Under the pieces are notes generated by a model, which was not told where the DNA came from, made no database searches, and worked only from the letters and a program-made list of their open reading frames with translations. From Epithemia pelagica (taxonomy: Eukaryota; Protista; Bacillariophyta): 64,000 nt of DNA. Below are positions 12,128 through 21,122 of the stretch, one piece after another. Within the stretch, counting starts at the first letter, position 1. Every line of letters begins with the position of its first letter. Location of the stretch: positions 1,550,001 to 1,614,000 of the forward strand of contig OX337232.1 of the NCBI GenBank assembly GCA_946965045.2. The letters are read 5' to 3'. The translations under genes and the position numbers were made by a program.

Positions 12128-13885
12128 TCAAATGGCCGAACTTGGTGCTGTTGACGGTCGCAACGATGGTTTTGAAGAAGGCTGTATTGAGGGACTGGGT
12201 GATGGTCTCCCAGAAGGCTGCATGGAAGGTTCTAGGGATGAATGCGATGTCAGGGTGGGTGTTGAGGAGGGATCGGAGGAAGGTTCTGCTGATGGCTGTA
12301 TGGATCTTGTAGGAGACCCCGATGGATTCCCAGATGGTGCAGAAGAAGGCGTCGCAGACGGCCGCAACGAAGGTTGTGCACTTTTTGTTGGCGATGGTGC
12401 AGAAGAAGGAGTCGCAGACGGCTGTAACGAAGGTTGTGCACTTTTTGTTGGAGCCGTTGAAGGTGCCTGCGATGGCTCTGCTGATGGCTGTATGGATCTT
12501 GTAGGAGCCCCCGATGGATTCCCAGATGGTGCAGAAGAAGGCGCAGCAGACGGCCGTAACGAAGGTTGTGCACTTTTTGTTGGAGCCGTTGACGGTGCCT
12601 GCGATGGCTCTGCTGATGGTTGTATGGATCTTGTGGGAGACCCCGATGGATTCCCAGATGGTGCAGAAGAAGGCGTCGCAGACGGCCGTAACGAAGGTTG
12701 TGCACTTTTTGTTGGAGCCGTTGAAGGTGCCTGCGATGGCACCATACTCGGTATATCACTTGGTACATCGCTTGGCACGTCACTTGGTACATCAGTGGGA
12801 GAAATGGTTGGCTCCTCTGTTGGAACGATGCAAGTCCGGTCAAAGCTTGGAGAGCATACGTATACTTCACTTGCATCCGCACTTATTGCATCCACTCCTC
12901 GACGGGGCAATGTGACACCATTACACTCCTTATTTCCCCCTGGAGACTTGTTGCCACAGGCAGTGTTGCTACCGACAACCAACAAACCATCGGAATCGTC
13001 CACGATTGTCGGTCCTTCACTGGTTGCCTTGTTGATGCGAAAGGTATTGTCTGCTACATAACCAGCATTGTTGGTCCATAGCGCGCCTCCATAGTCCGCC
13101 TGATTGTTTTCAAACAAACAATCCACCAGCATTAAATAGGCATTGCCACCCGTGCTTCGAATTGCCCCTCCCTGCGCGGGGCTACTGCCCATGTTCAAGG
13201 CTGTATTGTCGGAAAAGTCCACCGTGGCGCCTCCGAGTATCGCGAGATTTCCCGAACCGGCAATTGCACCACCTCCACCAGGTGCTGAGTTTCCTTTGAA
13301 GGACCCTCCGAGAACTTCCATGTAGCCTTCGTTGTAGATAGCACCTCCTTCGTTGGCACTGTTGTAGCTGAGGACGGAATTCTCCAGAAACAGCATTCCG
13401 GTTGGATAAACATGAATGGCACCTCCCTTGGCCACGGAATTACTAGAGCCGTTGGATTCCAAGTTCACAATCAGTAGGTCCAACGTCGCACCAGCACCAA
13501 CCGTAAAGGCAGAGCCTTCCGTGTTCTTGACCGTCAAAGAAAATACCACAAACTGTTGATAGTCCTCGATATAAAATCGCACTTTAGGACAGTCAATGAT
13601 ACATGCGTCGGAAACTCCACCATTGAAATTTAAACATGAGAAACCAGTCGTCCTGGAGATCGTAACAAGTCCTTCGGCCTCATTAGAAGGACAATCACTC
13701 CCTTGAATCACAAAATCGTTCATCTGAACGGCACCTCCATTCATTAAGCTTTTCTTGAATTCAGTAAAAGGCAAACTATTGGGCACAGATCCATTTTCAA
13801 CGCTACGAATGGGTCGTACGCAGATCAAAAGCAAGACAATGTTTGCCAAAAATGTCGTCAGTACACGGCTTTGCCTGTGGACCAT
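12128..13885 (-). CDS. Secreted pectin-lyase-fold (Pmp/GGAI repeat) protein with a Pro/Ser/Thr-rich repetitive tail
   Basis: Signal peptide; repeated GGAI/GGAL...F..N motifs (KGGAIHV, EGGAIYN, GGGAIAG, QGGAIRS, YGGALW); C-terminal PS-rich tandem repeats. Confidence 0.8.
   Translation of the reverse strand: MVHRQSRVLTTFLANIVLLLICVRPIRSVENGSVPNSLPFTEFKKSLMNGGAVQMNDFVIQGSDCPSNEAEGLVTISRTTGFSCLNFNGGVSDACIIDCPKVRFYIEDYQQFVVFSLTVKNTEGSAFTVGAGATLDLLIVNLESNGSSNSVAKGGAIHVYPTGMLFLENSVLSYNSANEGGAIYNEGYMEVLGGSFKGNSAPGGGGAIAGSGNLAILGGATVDFSDNTALNMGSSPAQGGAIRSTGGNAYLMLVDCLFENNQADYGGALWTNNAGYVADNTFRINKATSEGPTIVDDSDGLLVVGSNTACGNKSPGGNKECNGVTLPRRGVDAISADASEVYVCSPSFDRTCIVPTEEPTISPTDVPSDVPSDVPSDIPSMVPSQAPSTAPTKSAQPSLRPSATPSSAPSGNPSGSPTRSIQPSAEPSQAPSTAPTKSAQPSLRPSAAPSSAPSGNPSGAPTRSIQPSAEPSQAPSTAPTKSAQPSLQPSATPSSAPSPTKSAQPSLRPSATPSSAPSGNPSGSPTRSIQPSAEPSSDPSSTPTLTSHSSLEPSMQPSGRPSPSPSIQPSSKPSLRPSTAPSSAI
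12250..12745 (-). repeat. Coding tandem repeat, unit about 132 nt (44 aa), about 3.5 copies
   Basis: Near-identical copies of PSQAPSTAPTKSAQPSLRPSATPSSAPSGNPSGSPTRSIQPSAE, visible at DNA level (gaaggttgtgcactttttgttgg recurs four times). Confidence 0.95.
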
Positions 13886-14396
13886 CGTTCTTGAAATATT
13901 GCTCTTTTGTTTGTTTCAACTGAAGGAAAGTAGATTTTCGTGCAGCTCTGATTTCGTTCAATGTGGGAAGCCTTGACTATTTTGAAATCACGACAAGAAA
14001 CCTGGACAGGTCGTAGAGTTTTCCCGCATGAAGTACAATGTGTGTTTGGGGTGGCCTTTCCCTTGACTGCACCCTTTACTGGTGAAGCGGACCTCTATTC
14101 TGTTGTTCTATATACGTCAGGCGTCCAAGAACAGTCCCTCTCCTTAAACGAGGGATCGGATCAACGATTCAGAGTTCAGAGACACATTCGCATACACTGA
14201 ATTCACACAATTCGCTCGACCATGTGCCAGTACAACAACACATCCGGTATTGGTATTAATCGTTGGTCGATCGGACCCACGACACAGGTCCCCCAAAGTA
14301 ATAGAATGTGAGGAAAGCCGACCGGCTCCTTCCACGAGCCGTTCAGCTGGTGGTTTCAGTGCCGCGAAAGGCGCGGGCCGATGATTATCTCCTAAC

Positions 14397-16135
14397 AACC
14401 CTCCGACTAGGTGTCCGCTTCTTAGCCCCCCAGCCGCTCTCCGCGACCAACCATTTAAATTTTGGTTTTTTTGCGTTTTTGAAGAAAATTTCGGGTCAAA
14501 ATGAAAATGATCACGCCGGCCTTCTGGATCACCGTTTTGAAATTTTGTGAGCAGGCGTGCGCACTTTGACCGTTGGTCTTCCCCATTCTTGATTGTCGTC
14601 CCAAGTTGCGACCCACATTATTTTCACTACGCACCTTTTGACATGGATAATGGACATGCACCATCACAATGCATTCTCCATCATCTGCACACCATGGACA
14701 TTTGACATATAGACCATAGATAGTGTTTTGCTCTACCCCATCCTTTCTTTGTTTTTTCTAGGAGAAGTGTGGTTGTTTCTAGTGTTTGTGTCCGTTTAAA
14801 AGTGGACCCTCCTCCACAACACCGTGCCGTTGCCGTAGGCTTGTCTCTTTGCAACCACATACAGTCCTATTTTAGAATAGGTCTCTTTCTACTCCCTCCT
14901 GAAAGAAAATACTTCACGTTTTTTTTTTGGTTATTTTAGTCGCATAAAAAGATTACGTAGGATCTGGTACAACTCTACAGGAGGACGGCCGGCTCATTCG
15001 GAGTATAAAAATTTTCGAATAATATGGGGGAACATATTGGTTGACATGCGCGAGTCTACACTATTATAGGAAAAATACAACTTTTGTGTGCGACGAGTGA
15101 GCAGAACCATGGCCAAAGGTGCCGTCGTTGACCATGGAATTCAGCATGGAAATGGCACGAATCTTGTCAGTTGCACGCATATTCCTACTCTTTGATGCCT
15201 CGAGGGGCCGCCCTGAAGAGGACGTGTTTGGAGCCGCCATAGAAGTGTCAACCGGTGGGCTCTGAAGACCGATGCTCAAAATCACGCCTTTTGAACAATC
15301 GTATCTCGTTCCAAAGCAAGAATCGAACATATAAATAATACACCAATATAGAGCTAATAAGTAGGGCTTTCTAACAAAAAAAATTTTATGGAAAAAGGAC
15401 GTTCGCTCGTGAAAATATCGCTTTTTTGGTAAAATCGTGAAGTATTTTCTTTCAGGAGGGAGTAGTTGCGTTATGGAGCATATAGAGTGTAGAGTCCCCT
15501 GCACTGCTGGGAAAGACAAGTCATGCTCATGGCAACAAGAAAAGAACAACAGGAGCAGGTCGACATCACAATCCACTAAAGACCCAAACTGAGCGACAGC
15601 AGAGGAAAAATGGATGGCTTCCTCCACTTATCCTACCTACTCCTAATTGAGGTCTATAGCTCTATTTTGTCCTATAAGAATCCTACAAATGATGCCAGCA
15701 GCCCCACATGGCATCGACCAAAATGGATGTTACATGGCACAAACAAATGACACACTATGGCAACTGGCAACGTAGTGAGAGCCTACAACTAAACATTGTC
15801 CATTCCAATGCAAGTATTAGCCATTCCAGAACTTACCATGATGGATGTGCAGTGACAAAGATGAGATGAGATGGCCAGGGACGAAGCATGCCGTTTTTGG
15901 TGTTGGTTTGGTCATTGCCTCGTTTTGTTGCCTGCATCGATTTTGTGACCCGTTAACTCACTGAGAACACTATTTTGAGTCTTGTTGAGCAGAACGCCTG
16001 CCATCTTCCAACTGTCACATCACGCCAGCCTTTCCACCGATGGATGTGAAATTTCCATTCATTTTTTTGTCTGTGAGATTGGGTTTGTCTTGCCCGAACA
16101 GACGAGCTAAGAAGCGGACATCTAGTCGGAGGGTT
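14397..16135. mobile_element. Putative non-autonomous DNA transposon bounded by 30-bp inverted repeats (piggyBac-like CCCT/AGGG ends; TSD unresolved)
   Basis: 14397-14426 aaccctccgactaggtgtccgcttcttagc is the reverse complement of 16106-16135 gctaagaagcggacatctagtcggagggtt with 1 mismatch. Confidence 0.6.
14892..15462 (-). mobile_element. Stowaway-like Tc1/mariner (plant DD39D-type) internal-deletion derivative, 571 bp
   Basis: Perfect 27-bp TIRs ctccctcctgaaagaaaatacttcacg (14892-14918; 15436-15462); TA on both sides; CTCCCTCC terminus; transposase-like N- and C-terminal relics on the minus strand. Confidence 0.88.
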
Positions 16136-17178
16136 CATAAGTCAATGTGACATACTTACTAAAGCCTTCTCGACAGGACTGATACTGATCGGATCCTTTC
16201 TATGTAACTGGTACTGAACTATAAATATCTCGTGGGTCCGAGAGAGAGTCCGCTCGTGTCCATCCGCATTCCGCTTGTTGTTGGGGGAAAGAGCAATCGT
16301 CTTGGGAACGAGGGATTGGCCCGATCCATCCGGGATTCGGGAAAGCTCAAGACTCAAGACCACATTCTTGTTTCAAAGAGAGGACAGAAGATCCTATTCT
16401 GGCGATGGTCAATTCTGGTCAATTTTTTTGTACTTTTTAGGTTAGAGTCGGAGAGGCCATTATAGAGCGCGCCGACATTTTCCGCGTAGGCGGGATTTTA
16501 TTTAAGCCGATCTAAAATCAGCACCCCCCACCCCACGCCAGATGGGATTGGGATCCCGTCCCAACCATTCTGACTCTGACCCCTACGAGTACGAGTATGT
16601 TATACTCCCGTACTACCATACGGGACTCAGGATCGCTACCTATACTAGGCTCATCTAGCTAGGCAAAGGATATTCTAGCTAGGTACTCCTAGACGACTAG
16701 TAGCATTAGCTATGTCTATTGATTGGAAACTGGAAAGGGAAAAGCTACCAGTTTCCAATTCACACATTCCAGCTTGTTGTGGACATGGATGGATCCATAT
16801 TTTATTGCATGAGCTGTGACGATCTACCTAATCCCATCTTTTGTAGGTAGCCAAGCCGAGAGGCTACAATCCCAAGTAGAATAGATGGTCAAGAGTTTTC
16901 GCTTTTCCATGCAGGATGCAGGATCCTTTGTAACAGGATGTCCTCATTTTCTACCTTATAAAGTAGTGTTGACAGCTTTGTTTGATTGTTGCATGCATTG
17001 GATCCATCCCCAGGGTTTGCTTTCTTTGTTCTTCGGGAAAAATGAGACAATTGATAGCATTTTGGGTTCTTGTTTATGGGGTGGGGCTCTGCGAGATGGT
17101 CTGATCGGCTCACGTTGTCGTGCGGCAGTCACTTTTATGCCTGAGTGTCCGTGCCCGCGCACGCCATGCCTCGTCTAA

Positions 17179-17216
17179 AATTGACCAGAAATGACCAAAT
17201 TGACCAGAAATGACCA
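17179..17216 (+). repeat. Perfect tandem duplication of the 19-mer aattgaccagaaatgacca; inverted copy at 16406-16424
   Basis: Read directly; the inverted copy tggtcaattctggtcaatt matches 18/19. Confidence 0.85.
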
Positions 17217-17548
17217 GGCTTCTGGTACTGGGCTACGTAGGATAGACGTAGATCCACAAAATCTTCTGACCAGTACATAGCGGATAGAAGAATCAATCCA
17301 GGTCGACTCTTCACCGCCCTTCAAGTCCATGGACTTGCATTGGCAACAAGACAGTCAGTGTTGGTCAACTTCTTGAGAGTACGGATCAAAAGTCTTCTCC
17401 AGCAAGCAGAAGAATAGTGGGTTCATCTCGAGCTAAACTTCCTACCGGAAACAGCGACTCAACCGTCGTCTGACTGTTTGCCCGCCTTTGGAGTTATGAG
17501 TTATGACGACCAGTCCTTTCGCTCTCACATCAAACACACCACTCCAAC

Positions 17549-18634
17549 ATGAAGTTGTTTGCCAAACGAAGTCGAACGTCGTCGTCATCCACTCCAAAAA
17601 GTGCTTCTAGGGATAAGTCTCCATCGCAGGAGGAACCGGGCAGTGTGTTGAAATCGGATCCAGTGGTAGAGGAATTGTTGAAACAAGATGCTTCGACATG
17701 GAATGCCAAACAACGACGAATGGTAAAGCGATACCACGCAAGGCAATCCAAAGAGGTGGATACGACAGAAAGCAAAGAGCCGCAAGCAAGTTCGGCCACA
17801 GGGGATGATGGTTCTCGTGACGATGGGGATGAGGCCGAAACACCAGGAGATTCCCAGTACAAAAGCAGCAACACACCCAATTCCCTTCAAGGAGACGACG
17901 GTGGTAAACCTGACGGTGTCACAAAGTCAAAATCAGCCGCCATTTCGTCATCATCAAGTGGAAGTGAGAAATCTCATAGCGAGTCACATGAAGACAAAGG
18001 AAAGAATGAAGAAGAGTCATCGAAGGACTCAAATGAATCGGACTCTGATGAATCTGATGCAGAGGATGAAGCTGGTGTTGACGACAAAGATTATACAACT
18101 ACCAATGAAGAAGAATCAGGAAAGAAACAATTGGAGGATCTGCTATCTGAACTGAACTCTAAGGAACGTCGGACACTATCGCGGAAGCTTGACCGTGGCG
18201 AGGCATCGTTTGACCAAGTTATTTCGCAAGCAACAGCTCTATTGAAAGAAAAGGCGTTGCAGCCACAAAGTGTAGTCGACAACGGAAACTCCAAGGATGT
18301 GAATTCCCTGCCCACATCAGCAGCTGATTCTACAAAGAATGATGACAAAACTAATCCCAACAAACGTAGCGAACCAGACCAATCAACCGACGACAACACC
18401 AAACTGCCCAACAACAACAACAAGAAACGAAAGCGTAAGCAACCAGTAGATTTGAGTTTGTTTCCCCCTGAAGAGAGGTTGAGAAGAGAAGAACAGCGTC
18501 GACTTCAACAAGAGGCGGCCGAAAAGAGAGCGCGAGGTTTGGTGTCGAATCATAAGCATCCTCTGAACTCGGAACGACGACGAGCGAATCGTCGCAAACC
18601 AAAATGGGCCAAACGACCCATGGCTACAGCTTGA
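17549..18634 (+). CDS. Hypothetical highly charged, disordered protein with basic NLS-like clusters (possibly nucleolar)
   Basis: 361-aa ATG ORF; S/D/E-rich middle; KKRKRK and RRRANRRKPKW clusters. Confidence 0.7.
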   Translation: MKLFAKRSRTSSSSTPKSASRDKSPSQEEPGSVLKSDPVVEELLKQDASTWNAKQRRMVKRYHARQSKEVDTTESKEPQASSATGDDGSRDDGDEAETPGDSQYKSSNTPNSLQGDDGGKPDGVTKSKSAAISSSSSGSEKSHSESHEDKGKNEEESSKDSNESDSDESDAEDEAGVDDKDYTTTNEEESGKKQLEDLLSELNSKERRTLSRKLDRGEASFDQVISQATALLKEKALQPQSVVDNGNSKDVNSLPTSAADSTKNDDKTNPNKRSEPDQSTDDNTKLPNNNNKKRKRKQPVDLSLFPPEERLRREEQRRLQQEAAEKRARGLVSNHKHPLNSERRRANRRKPKWAKRPMATA

Positions 18635-18915
18635 TATTTTTGAAAGACCAATGAATAAAACTCTCCAGCATTCAGCATTTGAACTGTCGAACTGGTCGGA
18701 GTGACATCACTTTCGAGGCGAGGACAGAGTTGCCAAACAACATGAGTCATGTGCCACCCGTAGACAAAATGGTTCATGGACACCTCGTCCAAACATTGAC
18801 ATGATTTTGAGGGACAATGGTGCATCGTATTTGTAGATGAATCTTCAGCGACGATTTGTTGTATAGTCTTTGATTGCTGAATGTATCACAGGTTGCTGGA
18901 TTTTTTCAGTGTTTC

Positions 18916-19755
18916 TCATCGTATTGAACTTTTTAGCGACTTGGTTGCTTCTCGGGCGGCCTGGTAATCCTCCTTGGCGGACGAAACCACCCTATCGGCA
19001 TTTACGGACTCTGCAAGCGACTCTTCAGCTGCATTACGAGCCATTTCTAGCTCCTGTCCCAAGGACTCTATCTTATTTCGCAGTTCGACACACTCCTTGT
19101 CCAGACGTTTGGATTCGTCTGCCAGCACCTTTGCATCCACCAAGTCGGCCTGAATCACCCGCACCTGACCGCTCATGGCAGACTCCTTCTCCAAAGAACG
19201 CAAAAGACGTCTTCGACGCCCTCGTTCCGGTTGATCTTGTAGGTCCATCCACTCGTTGGGACTGGCATGGACCAAATCCTGGACTGTCACTACAACATGT
19301 CCCAGTGGTTCTTGTTGGTTGTTTCCATCTTGATCGAAAATCGAAATTTTCAATCGTGTCCTTTCCACTGAAGCAATGTGTTTCAAATCCAATCGCTGCC
19401 TTTGCCATGTAGGATTCAGATTGTTGCGTACACAATTGCTTCGAACCAAACAGTGAGGAGGGGAATCAACCAACGTCATCTCGAATACGGGATCCGAATG
19501 GTTTCGGATTCCGAAATCCAAATCGGCCAAGTTGCGAGCCGCCAACACAAGGTCGACGGAACCACTCATGGTTTGTTGTTGAGCGAGGGCGGTAGCATCC
19601 GCTGCTTGCTGATGGAGTTGACGGAGCTTGGTTTGCATCTCATGGTTTTGATTCGACAGTCGTTCGACACGTGCTTGACGCTCCGTTGCAACGTTTCGTG
19701 TCGTGACCGCAGTGGTGTGCGCCGCTTCCATGGAGTCCTTACAAACAGATTCCAT
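18916..19755 (-). CDS. Copine-type C2 domain + coiled-coil protein (matches the C-terminal half of 21123-22733)
   Basis: LAARNLADLDFGIRNHSDPVFE...NNLNPTW...FDQD. First in-frame ATG at 19755; the open frame and homology extend to about 19800. Confidence 0.75.
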   Translation of the reverse strand: MESVCKDSMEAAHTTAVTTRNVATERQARVERLSNQNHEMQTKLRQLHQQAADATALAQQQTMSGSVDLVLAARNLADLDFGIRNHSDPVFEMTLVDSPPHCLVRSNCVRNNLNPTWQRQRLDLKHIASVERTRLKISIFDQDGNNQQEPLGHVVVTVQDLVHASPNEWMDLQDQPERGRRRRLLRSLEKESAMSGQVRVIQADLVDAKVLADESKRLDKECVELRNKIESLGQELEMARNAAEESLAESVNADRVVSSAKEDYQAAREATKSLKSSIR

Positions 19756-19857
19756 TTCTTCCAACTGATGGAGTTTGATCAATGTAGAACTCAAAGGTCT
19801 TGAGAGAAGAAAACGTTTTCGTTCATTCGTTCAAGTAAAACCGAACCATAAGAAAGC

Positions 19858-20832
19858 ATGCAACTCCAACTTGCGATTGCAGCAACCGGCTTGCAGAAAG
19901 CTGACCAACCTGAGCAGGCAACTTCCAACGCTTCCACCTTTTGGTATCACGCCGTTCTTGTGAATGCAACGGATGGTACGATTCTGGGCACGACATCCAA
20001 GAGTCCTTTCTTGAAGACGACTGTTCTCTATTTCCAGGAATGGATCTTACTGGATGACCAAGAGCACCCTTGTGTTCAAGTCACAATCTACCGTTCGTCT
20101 TTGGATTCTCCAGATGCAACAAAAGAAGTCGCAGTGGCCAAACAATCCTTGAATGTTCCCCTCTTATGGAGCAACACGTACTCCCATACATTGGCGATGC
20201 GCTGTTCCGACGAGGAACACAGTTGTTCGTCTACACTGCTGGCCTTTCATGCCAAGAAGCAAACCAATGGAAGATTCTTGTTGGAACTCCGAGGTCATGA
20301 TTTGCCTCAAGCCTCCTCGGGAGGAAAGTGGAGGAATAGTTTGGTTCCACGACGTCTCCGTCGAAGCGACATGGACACAACCGGTGCAACCTATGACATT
20401 TTCAATCACAACGGCAAGTCCATGGGACGGTCCGGTCCGCCCTTGGGAACCAATGCCCAAAATCCGTTTTGGGAAGAGAGGGTCTTGGATTTGGAAGATT
20501 TGTGTGGCATGAGTTTGCGAGCTCCGCTTCGAATCACTGTACAACAGGAAGATACAGCAGCCGTATCCAATGGCGTAGAACCAGACTACATTGGAAATGT
20601 CTGCCTGTCGGTGCAAGACATGTTGGACCTGTATTCGAAACACGACGACCATGGAGCCGCTGTGACAGTTCCTGTGAATGACCACGAGAAGGTCCCTCTG
20701 GTGCAGGGAGGGACGCAACTCGACAATGCCTGTTTGTCAATTGTACAAGCAGAGTTATTACCAGACAAATACGTCTCCCAGTCGGTGCAAGGAATTCTGG
20801 AATCCTCACTGTCTTGTTGTTGTAATGATTGA
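19858..20832 (+). CDS. C2-domain protein (matches the N-terminal half of 21123-22733)
   Basis: MQLQLAIAATGL start parallels MKVQLSIGARGV; TYDIFNHNG...NPFWEE..LDLEDLCG.SLRAPLRITV parallels the first C2 domain of the neighbour. Confidence 0.75.
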   Translation: MQLQLAIAATGLQKADQPEQATSNASTFWYHAVLVNATDGTILGTTSKSPFLKTTVLYFQEWILLDDQEHPCVQVTIYRSSLDSPDATKEVAVAKQSLNVPLLWSNTYSHTLAMRCSDEEHSCSSTLLAFHAKKQTNGRFLLELRGHDLPQASSGGKWRNSLVPRRLRRSDMDTTGATYDIFNHNGKSMGRSGPPLGTNAQNPFWEERVLDLEDLCGMSLRAPLRITVQQEDTAAVSNGVEPDYIGNVCLSVQDMLDLYSKHDDHGAAVTVPVNDHEKVPLVQGGTQLDNACLSIVQAELLPDKYVSQSVQGILESSLSCCCND

Positions 20833-21122
20833 CTTGGGATATCGAATAGCTCCCTCCAAGCCCTTGACACATGTTTGTTCTCGCCTTGATGTTCCGAGTT
20901 GTGACATCCAAGAATCAAAAATTACTTCTCCATCGTTCACGAATGACTTTTATAATAAAATAAAATTAGAAGACACGTTCCAAGAACGATGGGAAATCCT
21001 TTGGTTTCGCTTTTGGATCTTTTGCTCATTCAAACCCGTTTCCGTCTTCTTCGGGGCTCTTCCATATCTTTCCATTTTCTCATTGATTACACCTAATTTC
21101 GCTTCAAGTAGAGGTTTGGACA

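Noticed and set aside
12132-13061. 309-aa plus-strand ORF with DG/EG repeats
   Set aside because: Antisense shadow of the Pro/Ser repeats. The same applies to most long overlapping ORFs opposite PRP16, BASS and the C2 genes.
15064-15627. 187-aa minus-strand ORF
   Set aside because: It crosses the right TIR of the mariner derivative, so it is a chimera of flank and transposase relic, not a gene.
16600-16705. Hairpin plus CTAG suggesting a Helitron 3' end
   Set aside because: Spacing and the A|T junction do not fit, and no 5' TC end was identified.
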